Shown: piece after piece, positions 48,515 through 57,648 of the stretch | Layout of the letters: every line of letters begins with the position of its first letter | Position numbering within the stretch: position 1 is the first letter of the stretch | NCBI GenBank assembly: GCA_023410645.1 | Contig: JAEYPQ010000030.1 | Span: forward strand, 11,680-75,679 | DNA: 64,000 nt | Direction of reading: 5' to 3' | From: Bacillota bacterium | Lineage (GTDB): Bacteria; Bacillota; Clostridia; TANB77; CAG-465 | Notes under the pieces: model-generated | The model's database searches: none | Seen by the model: only the letters and a program-made list of their open reading frames with translations | Told to the model about the DNA's origin: nothing | Position numbers and translations under genes: made by a program

Positions 48515-48604
48515 GATTAAATCATCTCATATATTTTATTGAAAAATATTTACACATAAAAAAACAAGCAGTTTAGAACTACTTGTTTTTTTATACCATT
48601 TTTA

Positions 48605-48690
48605 TGGTGGGCAGGGATGGATTCGAACCATCGTAGGCGTACACCAACAGATTTACAGTCTGCCCCCTTTAGCCACTCGGGCACCTACCC
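48605..48690 (-). tRNA. tRNA-Tyr (anticodon GTA), long variable arm, CCA encoded
   Basis: Reverse complement reads GGGTAGGTGCCCGAGTGGCTAAAGGGGGCAGACTGTAAATCTGTTGG...GGTTCGAATCC...CCCACCA. Anticodon loop CTGTAAA. Confidence 0.85.
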
Positions 48691-48710
48691 AAATAAAAAA
48701 TAAACAAAAA

Positions 48711-48787
48711 TGGTGGGCCTTCAGGGATTCGAACCCCGGACCATCCGGTTATGAGCCGGGTGCTCTGACCAACTGAGCTAAAGGCCC
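48711..48787 (-). tRNA. tRNA-Met (anticodon CAT), elongator or Ile2-type, CCA encoded
   Basis: Reverse complement reads GGGCCTTTAGCTCAGTTGGTCAGAGCACCCGGCTCATAACCGG...GGTTCGAATCCC...GGCCCACCA. Fully paired acceptor stem, so not initiator-like. Confidence 0.8.
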
Positions 48788-48976
48788 ATTTCTGTGAACA
48801 TTTATATTATAATAGATTTAGCAGTAAAAGTCAATACTTTTTATACTTTTTTTAAATAAAAATCTGTCATAATGCGACAATAATAATATTGCTAGTTAAT
48901 TCTATTATATTAGTTTACAATAAGAATATGAAAATAAAAAGTTGCAATTTATAAAAATAAAAAGCAACTTAAAATC

Positions 48977-50080
48977 TTATACATTGAATCTAAAAACTAT
49001 TATATCTCCATCTTGTACAATATACTCTTTTCCTTCTAATCTTACTAATCCTTTTTCTCTTGCAGCGGCAACTGTACCATTTTCAATTAAATCTTTATAT
49101 GATATAACTTCAGCTTTTATAAAACCTCTTTCAAAATCAGAGTGTATCTTACCTGCTGCCTGAGGAGCTTTTGTTCCATTTTTTATTGTCCATGCTCTTA
49201 CTTCTTGTTTTCCAGCAGTAAGATAGGAAATTAATCCTAATAGTTTATAGCTTGCTTTTATAAGTTTATCAAGTCCAGATTCAGTTATACCATAATCACT
49301 CATAAGAGCTATTCTATCGGCATCATCTAATTCACTTAAGTCTTCTTCAAGTTTAGCACATAAAGTTACAACTTCAGCGTTTTCTTTTTTTGCATATTCT
49401 TTTACTTTTAATACATTAGCATCGTTTTCCATATTAGTAATTTGATCCTCAGAAACATTAGCAACATATATTGTTGGTTTAATTGTTAAAAGAAATACTT
49501 CCTTTAACATATCTTTTTCTTCATCATTAAGTTCCATTGTTCTAACTGGCTTTTCTGACTCTAAATGATCTTTAACTCTAGTTAGCAGTTCAGATTCTAT
49601 TTTTGCAGCTTTATCACCAGTTTTTAATAGCTTTGATACTCTATCCATTCTTTTATTTACAGCTTCAATATCTGATAGAATAAGTTCAATTGATATAGTT
49701 TCTATATCAGAAATAGGGTCAATTCTTCCTTCTACATGAACGATTTTTTCATCTTCAAAACATCTAACAATATGAGCAATTGCATCGGTTTCACGAATGT
49801 GTGATAAAAATTTATTTCCTAGGCCTTCACCTTTTGATGCACCTCTAACAAGACCTGCAATATCAACGAATTCTATCGCTGCATATGTAGATTTATCAGT
49901 ATCATACATTTTAGATAATACATCTATTCTTTCATCTGGTACACTAACTATACCAATGTTTGGTTCTATAGTACAAAATGGGTAATTAGCACTTTCTGCT
50001 CCTGCTTTTGTTATAGCGTTAAATAAAGTACTTTTGCCTACATTTGGCAATCCAACTATTCCTATTTTCAATTTAAACAC
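48977..50080 (-). CDS. ychF: Ribosome-binding ATPase YchF (Obg-family GTPase-like)
   Basis: G1 motif GIVGLPNVGKSTLFNA, YchF-specific NYPFCTIEPN, C-terminal TGS domain. 367 aa. Confidence 0.9.
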   Translation of the reverse strand: MFKLKIGIVGLPNVGKSTLFNAITKAGAESANYPFCTIEPNIGIVSVPDERIDVLSKMYDTDKSTYAAIEFVDIAGLVRGASKGEGLGNKFLSHIRETDAIAHIVRCFEDEKIVHVEGRIDPISDIETISIELILSDIEAVNKRMDRVSKLLKTGDKAAKIESELLTRVKDHLESEKPVRTMELNDEEKDMLKEVFLLTIKPTIYVANVSEDQITNMENDANVLKVKEYAKKENAEVVTLCAKLEEDLSELDDADRIALMSDYGITESGLDKLIKASYKLLGLISYLTAGKQEVRAWTIKNGTKAPQAAGKIHSDFERGFIKAEVISYKDLIENGTVAAAREKGLVRLEGKEYIVQDGDIIVFRFNV

Positions 50081-50235
50081 TCCTTTTTACTATAATATTA
50101 TATCAGACAAAAGAGATATGTCAAGAAAATTTGGGTATTGAAGAAAAACTTGACTAAAATATTGTAACAACTTTATATGTATGGTATAATTATTCTACTA
50201 TAATAGTATAGTGAGTTAGGGAGATGTGATAAAAT

Positions 50236-51837
50236 TTGGCAGTAAAAAGACAATCATTCATGAATGGTGTTATTATAATAATGGTATCTCAAGTACTTAT
50301 AAAATTACTTGGTTTCATATATAGAATAGTACTTACAAATTTTAAAGAATTTGGTGATGTAGGTAATAGCTATTATGGATCAGGATATACTGTTTACACA
50401 CTAATTTTAGCCGTTGCGACAATGGGTATACCTAATACAATTTCAAAATTAGTATCTGAAAAAATAGCAGTTGGAGATAGAAGAGGTGCTCATAAAATAT
50501 TTAGAACTGCAATGTCTTTATTTACTCTAATTGCAATAGTATTTTCAGTAACACTATTTTTTAGTTCTGGATTTATTGCAGAAAATATATTAGCAAATCC
50601 TGGTGTTAAATATACGCTAATGTCACTATCACCAGCGATAATATTTGTAGCAATGTCTGCAGTATTACGTGGCTATTTCGTTGGTATGCAAAATATGATG
50701 GAATACAGTAAAGCACAAATATTAGAACAAATTATAAATAGTGTATTTTCAATATTGTTCGTTGTAATGCTATTTGGATCAACACCAGAAATAATGGCTG
50801 CTGGATCAACACTTGCAACAACAGTTTCAACATCAACTGCATTTTTCTATTTATTAAATTATTATAATAAAAATAAAAAAGATATATGGAAAGATATAAA
50901 AGAATCAGAAAAATTTGCACTTGATTCTAGAAATAAAATAATAAAAAAATTAATATCATATGTTATTCCAATTTCATTTGGAAGTGTTGTTGTGGCATTA
51001 TCTGGAGTTATTGATACAGTTACAGTAATGAATGGACTTCAACAATTTGGCTTAACGATTAATGAGGCAAATGAACAATTTGGTATATTACTTGGAAAGG
51101 TAGATATATTAAATGCAGTTCCACTTTCGATTAATGTAGCATTTTCCGTTGCACTTGTACCTTTTATATCAGCTGCAATTGCAAGAAATAGGAAAAATGA
51201 AGCAGTACATAAAATTAAGTTTTCAATTAAAATATCTTCTATAATCGCACTACCTTGCACAGCAGGTTTGTTTTTACTTGCACCACAAATTTTTGATTTA
51301 ATATTTCCAAATGCAACAGCAGGTGCATATCTTCTACAAATACAATGTTTTATGATACCTTTTGCTGTAATATCACAAACATTATATGGATCTCTACAAG
51401 GTATAGGAAAATTATATGTCCCAGGCGCTTGTTTATTAATAGGTGCAGTGCTTAAATATACACTAAATGTAATATTTATACCTATTTATGGAATATCAGT
51501 TCCTGCAACTACAACAGTGATATATAATGCTTTAGCATGTATATTAGCTTTCACAATATTATTTAAGAATTTGAAGGAAAAACCTAACTTAAAAGAGATA
51601 TTTTTACGACCAATATTAGCTACATTATCAATGAGTTTTGTGATAATTTTAAGCAAAAAAGTGTTAGATTACATAAGCATAAGAAATAGTGTGGAAACAA
51701 TCTCTATTATTGTAATCTCAGTTGTTACATATTTCTTATTTATATTGATTTTTAATGTATTAAGTAAAGAGGAAATGAAACAGCTACCTTATGGTAACAA
51801 GATATGTCAAGTTGTTGAAAAAATAAAAAAAATATGA
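50236..51837 (+). CDS. Oligosaccharide/polysaccharide flippase-family (MOP; SpoVB/MurJ-like) membrane protein
   Basis: 533 aa, about 14 TM helices. The N-terminal region (GFIYRIVLTNF...GYTVYTLILAVATMGIPNTISKLVS) is typical of SpoVB/polysaccharide-biosynthesis (Wzx-like) proteins. Start uncertain: TTG 50236 vs ATG 50260. Confidence 0.55.
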   Translation: MAVKRQSFMNGVIIIMVSQVLIKLLGFIYRIVLTNFKEFGDVGNSYYGSGYTVYTLILAVATMGIPNTISKLVSEKIAVGDRRGAHKIFRTAMSLFTLIAIVFSVTLFFSSGFIAENILANPGVKYTLMSLSPAIIFVAMSAVLRGYFVGMQNMMEYSKAQILEQIINSVFSILFVVMLFGSTPEIMAAGSTLATTVSTSTAFFYLLNYYNKNKKDIWKDIKESEKFALDSRNKIIKKLISYVIPISFGSVVVALSGVIDTVTVMNGLQQFGLTINEANEQFGILLGKVDILNAVPLSINVAFSVALVPFISAAIARNRKNEAVHKIKFSIKISSIIALPCTAGLFLLAPQIFDLIFPNATAGAYLLQIQCFMIPFAVISQTLYGSLQGIGKLYVPGACLLIGAVLKYTLNVIFIPIYGISVPATTTVIYNALACILAFTILFKNLKEKPNLKEIFLRPILATLSMSFVIILSKKVLDYISIRNSVETISIIVISVVTYFLFILIFNVLSKEEMKQLPYGNKICQVVEKIKKI

Positions 51838-51930
51838 AAAAAATAAATAAAACTGTTGACAATGTTTTGGTTTTGTAGTATATTCTTAGTGTAATCACGG
51901 TACGGAGGGTTACACTAGGAGGGATTTAGA

Positions 51931-52209
51931 ATGAATAAAGCTGAATTAATAGCTAAAATTGCTGAAGAAAGCAAATTAACAAAAAAAGCTGCAGAAACTG
52001 CATTAGACGCTTTCGTAACAAGTGTTGAAACTGCACTTAAAAGTGGAGAAAAAGTTCAATTAGTAGGATTCGGAACTTTCGAAGTTAGAGAAAGAGCTGC
52101 TAGAAAAGGAAGAAACCCACAAACTAAAGCTGAAATTAAAATACCAGCTTCTAAAGCACCAGTTTTCAAAGCAGGTAAAGCTTTAAAAGATTTAGTAAAC
52201 AAAAAATAA
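51931..52209 (+). CDS. hup: DNA-binding protein HU
   Basis: 92 aa. HU signature [20 protein letters not shown] and the beta-arm. Strong RBS GGAGGGA. Confidence 0.9.
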   Translation: MNKAELIAKIAEESKLTKKAAETALDAFVTSVETALKSGEKVQLVGFGTFEVRERAARKGRNPQTKAEIKIPASKAPVFKAGKALKDLVNKK

Positions 52210-52226
52210 TTTCTAGTATAGAATAA

Positions 52227-52260
52227 AAACCAAAAGGCATTGTGTCTTTGGTTTTTTTTC
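52227..52260 (+). terminator. Rho-independent terminator after hup
   Basis: AACCAAAAGG - CATTGTGT - CTTTGGTT followed by TTTTTTTC. Confidence 0.7.
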
Positions 52261-52342
52261 GTCTATTAATAATTTATATTATTTACTTGATTATTTTAAT
52301 AAAATATGTTAATATATAAAGGTACATATTAGTACACTTTAT

Positions 52343-52429
52343 GCCGAAATGGTGGAATTGGCAGACGCGCTAGACTCAAAATCTAGTGGTAGCAATACCG
52401 TGTGGGTTCGAGTCCCACTTTCGGCACCA
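52343..52429 (+). tRNA. tRNA-Leu (anticodon CAA), long variable arm, CCA encoded
   Basis: Acceptor GCCGAAA/TTTCGGC, anticodon stem CTAGA/TCTAG with loop CTCAAAA, variable-arm stem GGTA/TACC, T-arm GTGGG-TTCGAGT-CCCAC. Followed by hairpin GATGAAG...CTTCATC plus T-run (52440-52467). Confidence 0.85.
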
Positions 52430-52439
52430 GACCATATGA

Positions 52440-52467
52440 GATGAAGAGTTAATGCTTCATCTTTTTC
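52440..52467 (+). terminator. Rho-independent terminator after tRNA-Leu
   Basis: GATGAAG - AGTTAATG - CTTCATC followed by TTTTT. Confidence 0.6.
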
Positions 52468-52492
52468 TATATATAAAATATGGGGGAGTTAG

Positions 52493-53296
52493 ATGATATA
52501 TTTAAAAACTTTTAAACTTAGTGATAATAGAAGTAAAAATTATAATATATATCCATATAATGTGTTAAGAGGTAAAGAACCTGATATTTTTATATTTGAT
52601 AATATAACTGTTTTATATGGTAATAATGGTTCAGGAAAATCTACAATTTTAAATATAATTGCTAATAAATTAAATTTAAATGGAAAAGATAAGATACCTT
52701 GTCAGAGATTTTTTAATGAATATATATCTTTGTGTGAATATAGTTTAGGAAATGATGAATACGGTAAAGTAATTAAAATGATACCTAATGAAAGTAGATA
52801 TATTAAGAGTGAAGAATTATTATATGAGGTTAGTAAAATACAAAATAATAGTATTTTAGAAGAAAGTTATATATTAAATAAAGTTAAAGAGGGCATGGAT
52901 GAAGAAAAGGCTAAAGAATCTATTTATACTAAACAAGGAGTGAAAGAGCTAGAAAATATAAGATTTGCACAAGAAAAATATTCCAATGGTGAAACTGCTA
53001 TGCAGTGCCTTGTTGATAAATTAGAACCAGATAAATTATATTTATTAGATGAGCCAGAAGTATCGTTATCTATACAAAGTCAAATAGAATTAGCTAATAA
53101 TATAAATCATATGGCAAGATACTTAAATTGCCAATTTATTATATCAACTCATTCACCATTTATGCTGGGGACATTAAATGCAAAAATATATAATTTAGAT
53201 ACTAAGAATTATGATGTACAAAATTGGAATGAGCTTGAAAATGTAAAATTATTTTATAAATTCTTTAAAGATAAAGAAAATGAATTAAAAAATTGA
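52493..53296 (+). CDS. Stand-alone ABC-type / AAA_21-like P-loop ATPase (267 aa)
   Basis: Walker A LYGNNGSGKSTILN, Q-loop region, Walker B LYLLDEPEVSLS, H-loop ISTHSPF. No transmembrane partner or second domain. RBS GGGGGAG upstream. Confidence 0.6.
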   Translation: MIYLKTFKLSDNRSKNYNIYPYNVLRGKEPDIFIFDNITVLYGNNGSGKSTILNIIANKLNLNGKDKIPCQRFFNEYISLCEYSLGNDEYGKVIKMIPNESRYIKSEELLYEVSKIQNNSILEESYILNKVKEGMDEEKAKESIYTKQGVKELENIRFAQEKYSNGETAMQCLVDKLEPDKLYLLDEPEVSLSIQSQIELANNINHMARYLNCQFIISTHSPFMLGTLNAKIYNLDTKNYDVQNWNELENVKLFYKFFKDKENELKN

Positions 53297-53366
53297 TATA
53301 TAACATTTATCATAATAAATATAGTAGATAATATGCGAGTTTATATATAAAAGACACTTGCAATAT

Positions 53367-53453
53367 GCCGAAATGGTGGAATTGGCAGACGCGCTAGACT
53401 CAAAATCTAGTGATAGCAATATCGTGTGGGTCCGAGTCCCACTTTCGGAACCA
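53367..53453 (+). tRNA. Degenerate second copy of tRNA-Leu(CAA) (probable pseudo-tRNA)
   Basis: First 47 nt identical to the copy at 52343. Four substitutions in the 3' half: variable-arm stem GGTA/TACC becomes GATA/TATC (compensatory pair), T-loop TTCGAGT becomes TCCGAGT (loss of U55), and acceptor 3' TTTCGGC becomes TTTCGGA (G1:A72 mismatch). Followed directly by TTTTTTG. Confidence 0.5.
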
Positions 53454-53481
53454 TTTTTTGTGTAGTTTTGTTTTTACAAAG

Positions 53482-53865
53482 CTATACATTTTTTTTAAAT
53501 AGTTTTATAATTTTAGTAACTATTACCATAAATAAAATAACAGTAATAAAGGGTACACAATATAAATAAAAAAGTGTACTACTCATAGTATACTTTAGTA
53601 ATCCACTACTAAGAATTGTATCCCCTAAATACAAGAATAGATAGAAAATAAAAAAACTAAAAGATATTAATAATAAGTTAAATTTGTTTTTAACATAAAT
53701 TGAAAATATGAAAATAGTAGTTACTAAATAAAATATGATTATGAAAGGTATAGAAAAAAGTGAAAGCTGATTTGTAAGCAATATTATTAACCACAGTAAC
53801 GTAAAAACTAGTGTTGGAAATAAAAGTACTAAAATATATTGAAAAATTTTATTCATTGCATTCAC
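53482..53865 (-). CDS. Small polytopic membrane protein (127 aa), unknown function
   Basis: Four predicted TM helices. No motif recognised. Confidence 0.35.
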   Translation of the reverse strand: MNAMNKIFQYILVLLFPTLVFTLLWLIILLTNQLSLFSIPFIIIFYLVTTIFIFSIYVKNKFNLLLISFSFFIFYLFLYLGDTILSSGLLKYTMSSTLFYLYCVPFITVILFMVIVTKIIKLFKKNV

Positions 53866-54052
53866 CTTCTTTACTATTTGAATTATATCATATATAAAGT
53901 TTTTTTGTAAAGTAATATAAAATAATATAATATTAATGAATACAATTGTTAAAAAATTTTGAATAATAAATTAAAAGGTTATAAACATAGAATGTTAAAT
54001 TAAAAATCAGTGTACTTTTAAAGTACACTGATTAATTATTATATTTAATATA

Positions 54053-55015
54053 TTATTGTAGGAGTAAAGAAGATATTGCAAAAGTTGCATATGTTAAAAT
54101 TAGTGCGATTCCATCGCTTCTACTAATTTTCTTTTGAGTAATAAGCTTTAAGAATAATAAATCAAAAAGTAGCATAAAGGCTATTTGGAATAGTAATGTA
54201 TTTGTATAATGTATAGGATGAATTATAGCAGCCGTACCAACTATAAACATTATATTACTAACACCGCTACCAACTACGTTTCCTATTATTATATCGTATT
54301 CTTTTTTCTTTGCTGCAACTAAAGCAGTACTAAGTTCTGGTAGTGTTGTACCAAGAGCTACAACTGTAACTCCAATAAAAGCCTCAGATAATTCAAAATA
54401 ATTTGCAATTTTAGTTGCAGAATCTACTACGAAATTTCCACCAAGGACAACGAATACTAGTCCAGTAATTATAAATAAAATCATAGTTATAACACTATTT
54501 TTTATTATACTTTCAGCTTCATCAATATATTTTTCCTCTGTATTTATTAAATCATTTTCATCAGCAACACTTACTATTTTTTTTGTATTTTTTATTAAAT
54601 GTATCATGTAACCTATAAAAATTAATAAGAATATTATTCCATCTATTCTATTTAATCCACCACCAATAACTAATAAGAATAATAACACAAGTTGAACTAT
54701 TATCATTGCAAAGACTTCTTTTTCAACTTTCTTTTTTATATATATTGAATAAATTATAGCTGTTATACCAACACTTATAGCTATCGTTGTTATATTGCTC
54801 CCTATATTGTTTGATAATGTTATCTGATTTCCTTTAAAAGAAGATACGCAGGCAATTGCAAATTCGGGCATACTAGTACCTATGGATATTATTGTCATTG
54901 AAATAATCATTGTAGAAATTTTTAATTTCTTTGCAATTTTAACACTTCCTTCAACTAACAAATTAGCTCCAACTATTAGCATTATAAATCCAAAAATTAT
55001 TGTAATAAATTCCAT
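54053..55015 (-). CDS. CaCA-family sodium/calcium exchanger (YrbG-like)
   Basis: Two alpha-repeat signatures GTSMPEFA and GTTLPELSTA in the two 5-TM halves. 320 aa. Confidence 0.75.
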   Translation of the reverse strand: MEFITIIFGFIMLIVGANLLVEGSVKIAKKLKISTMIISMTIISIGTSMPEFAIACVSSFKGNQITLSNNIGSNITTIAISVGITAIIYSIYIKKKVEKEVFAMIIVQLVLLFLLVIGGGLNRIDGIIFLLIFIGYMIHLIKNTKKIVSVADENDLINTEEKYIDEAESIIKNSVITMILFIITGLVFVVLGGNFVVDSATKIANYFELSEAFIGVTVVALGTTLPELSTALVAAKKKEYDIIIGNVVGSGVSNIMFIVGTAAIIHPIHYTNTLLFQIAFMLLFDLLFLKLITQKKISRSDGIALILTYATFAISSLLLQ

Positions 55016-55283
55016 CTATACACTTCCTTATCTTTTGTTAAATAATTATATATTTCTAGTATTGTCACTCTTAATAAAAGTATAAGTTATATTTAAAATT
55101 TAATCAACATTATTCTAGAAATTAGCTGTTATTTATACAAATTTCTACTTAATTTTAAAAAATGTAACATTTTATAGTTTTAAATTGAATAAAATAATTA
55201 TATTATAATAGCAAATACAATTATTGTAATTAAATATGTTTTATGATAAACTTATAGCAATTTAAATGCATTTTAATTAAAGG

Positions 55284-56060
55284 ATGGTTATTTTGAATAT
55301 AGAAATAAATAATATAAAAATAAATTATATAGTAAAAGGTGATTCTGATAAGAAAATATTACTACTTCATGGTTGGGGATCTAATATTAAGCTTTTTAAC
55401 AATATAATTGAACACTTATCTAAGGAAAATACAGTTTATGCACTAGATATGCCAGGATTTGGAGAAAGTCAATTACCTAATAATTCATGGAATGTGGATA
55501 ATTATGTTGATTTCATAATAGAATTTATTAAAATAATGAAAATAGATAAATTATCATTACTTGGTCATTCTTTTGGCGGAAGAGTAATTATAAAACTCTC
55601 AAATAGAGAAAATTTACCTTTTGAGATATCAAAATTAATACTTGTAGATAGTGCAGGTATTTTGCCTAAGAAAAGCAATAAAAGCTCATTTAAGACTAAA
55701 ATATATAAATTATGTAAAGTGGTACTAAAGAATAAAGTTGTAAGTAAAATTTTTCCTAATGCTTTAGAAAATTTAAAGAAGAAGTTTGGATCAGAAGATT
55801 ATAAAAATGCTATACCGGTAATGAGAGAAACTCTGGTAAAAGTAGTTAATGAAGATTTAGAACCTTTACTTAAAAATATAAAGCAGCCAACATTGCTAAT
55901 TTGGGGAGATAAGGATGAAGCTACTCCATTTGAAGATGCAAAAATAATGGAAAGTCTTATACCTAATTCTGGAATAGTAAGGGTAGAGGGGGCTGGACAT
56001 TATTCATTTTTAGAACAACCAATTCTAATTAATAAAGTATTAGATTCATTTTTAAATTAA
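55284..56060 (+). CDS. Alpha/beta-fold hydrolase
   Basis: HGWGSN oxyanion region and nucleophile elbow GHSFGG, with C-terminal Asp/His region (GDKDEA...GAGHY). Start uncertain: ATG 55284 vs TTG 55293. Confidence 0.65.
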   Translation: MVILNIEINNIKINYIVKGDSDKKILLLHGWGSNIKLFNNIIEHLSKENTVYALDMPGFGESQLPNNSWNVDNYVDFIIEFIKIMKIDKLSLLGHSFGGRVIIKLSNRENLPFEISKLILVDSAGILPKKSNKSSFKTKIYKLCKVVLKNKVVSKIFPNALENLKKKFGSEDYKNAIPVMRETLVKVVNEDLEPLLKNIKQPTLLIWGDKDEATPFEDAKIMESLIPNSGIVRVEGAGHYSFLEQPILINKVLDSFLN

Positions 56061-56075
56061 TGAAAGGAATAGATA

Positions 56076-57632
56076 ATGGAAAATATATTATTTTTACTCA
56101 TTACAATATCATTTTTTATAAATTTTTATATGTACTTTATTTTTAATGTACATATATATCAACTAAATCATTATGGTACTAAATCACAGATAAATTGGAT
56201 TTTTAAAAATAAGAAGAGATTGTTATTAAGAAGTATAAGTATAGTTAATATTATATTATTTTTCTTAGGTGATATAGGAAAAATAGCATCAATTATAATA
56301 TTCCTTATAGCAGCATATTTAAACATACAAAAAGAAACTAAAATACCGATTGTATATACTACTCGTGTTAAAAGATATATTATTACTTCATTTATTATTA
56401 TTGCTTTAATAATAACAATATTAAAGTTGTATTTTATAAATAATATAGTTACACTAATTTCATTTCCAATAATAATATTATTAACACCATTTATTCTTAT
56501 AGTTGCTGATTATATAAATTTGCCAATAAATAAGCTTATAAAGAATTATTATATAAATGATGCTAAAAAAATATTAAAAAATATGCCAAACCTAATAGTT
56601 ATAGGTGTAACAGGTAGTTATGGAAAAACAAGTACAAAGAACTTTTTGTATAAGCTCTTATCTGCAAAATATAATGTATTAATTACTCCTGAAAACTATA
56701 ATACAACTCTTGGAGTTGTTAAAACAATTAGAAATAATTTAAAGGCCACTCACGAAATATTTGTTTGTGAAATGGGTGCATACAGAGTTGGTGAAATAAA
56801 AGAAATATGTGATATTGTAAGACCAAAATATGGAATAATTACATCAATTGGTCCACAGCATTTAGAGAGTTTCGGATCAATTGAAAATATAATTAAAACT
56901 AAATTTGAACTGGCAGATAGTGTACCAGAAGATGGGATTGTATTTTTAAATTATGATAATGAATATATGGAAAGAAATAAGATAAATAAAAAAGTAGTAC
57001 CTTATGGAATAGAAAATGAAACAAGTAATCAATATAATGCTTATGATGTAACTTCAACAAATAGAGGACTTACTTTTAAAATGAAAGATGAAAATAATAA
57101 TGAAAAAATATTTAGAACAAGTTTACTTGGAAAGCATAATGTTGAAAATATTGTTGGTTCAATCGCAGTAGCAAATAAATTGGGTATTCCTATGGATACT
57201 TTAATATCTAAGGTTAAATTACTTGAAAGTGTACCACATAGATTACAACTAATTAATACACCAAATTGTATAATAATTGATGATGCATATAATTCAAATC
57301 CAAGTGGATCAAAATCCGCAATAGATACTTTAGGAACGTTTAATGGAATAAAAATACTGGTTACTCCTGGAATGATAGAACTTGGAGAAAAGCAATATGA
57401 ATGTAATTATGAATTTGGAGCTTACGCTGCAAATGTTTGTGATTATATAGTTTTAATTGGAAAAGAACAAACAAAGCCTATTTATGATGGTATAATCTCA
57501 AAAGATTATAATAAAGATAAAATAATAATAGCAGACACTTTACAGGAAGGCTTAAATGTGGTATATCAGATTAAAACTGATGGGAAAGAAAAGATTATAT
57601 TACTAGAAAATGATCTACCAGATAATTATTAA
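56076..57632 (+). CDS. murF: Mur ligase family protein (MurF-like) with about 150-aa N-terminal polytopic membrane extension
   Basis: Residues 1-150 form four or five hydrophobic helices. They are followed by a Mur ligase P-loop GVTGSYGKTSTK, a central domain and a C-terminal domain. Immediately upstream of ddl, as murF usually is. Confidence 0.6.
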   Translation: MENILFLLITISFFINFYMYFIFNVHIYQLNHYGTKSQINWIFKNKKRLLLRSISIVNIILFFLGDIGKIASIIIFLIAAYLNIQKETKIPIVYTTRVKRYIITSFIIIALIITILKLYFINNIVTLISFPIIILLTPFILIVADYINLPINKLIKNYYINDAKKILKNMPNLIVIGVTGSYGKTSTKNFLYKLLSAKYNVLITPENYNTTLGVVKTIRNNLKATHEIFVCEMGAYRVGEIKEICDIVRPKYGIITSIGPQHLESFGSIENIIKTKFELADSVPEDGIVFLNYDNEYMERNKINKKVVPYGIENETSNQYNAYDVTSTNRGLTFKMKDENNNEKIFRTSLLGKHNVENIVGSIAVANKLGIPMDTLISKVKLLESVPHRLQLINTPNCIIIDDAYNSNPSGSKSAIDTLGTFNGIKILVTPGMIELGEKQYECNYEFGAYAANVCDYIVLIGKEQTKPIYDGIISKDYNKDKIIIADTLQEGLNVVYQIKTDGKEKIILLENDLPDNY

Positions 57633-57648
57633 AATGGAGGGATTTAAA

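Noticed and set aside
48942-49163. 73-aa plus-strand ORF at the 3' end of ychF
   Set aside because: Antisense to the highly conserved YchF C-terminus, with no RBS.
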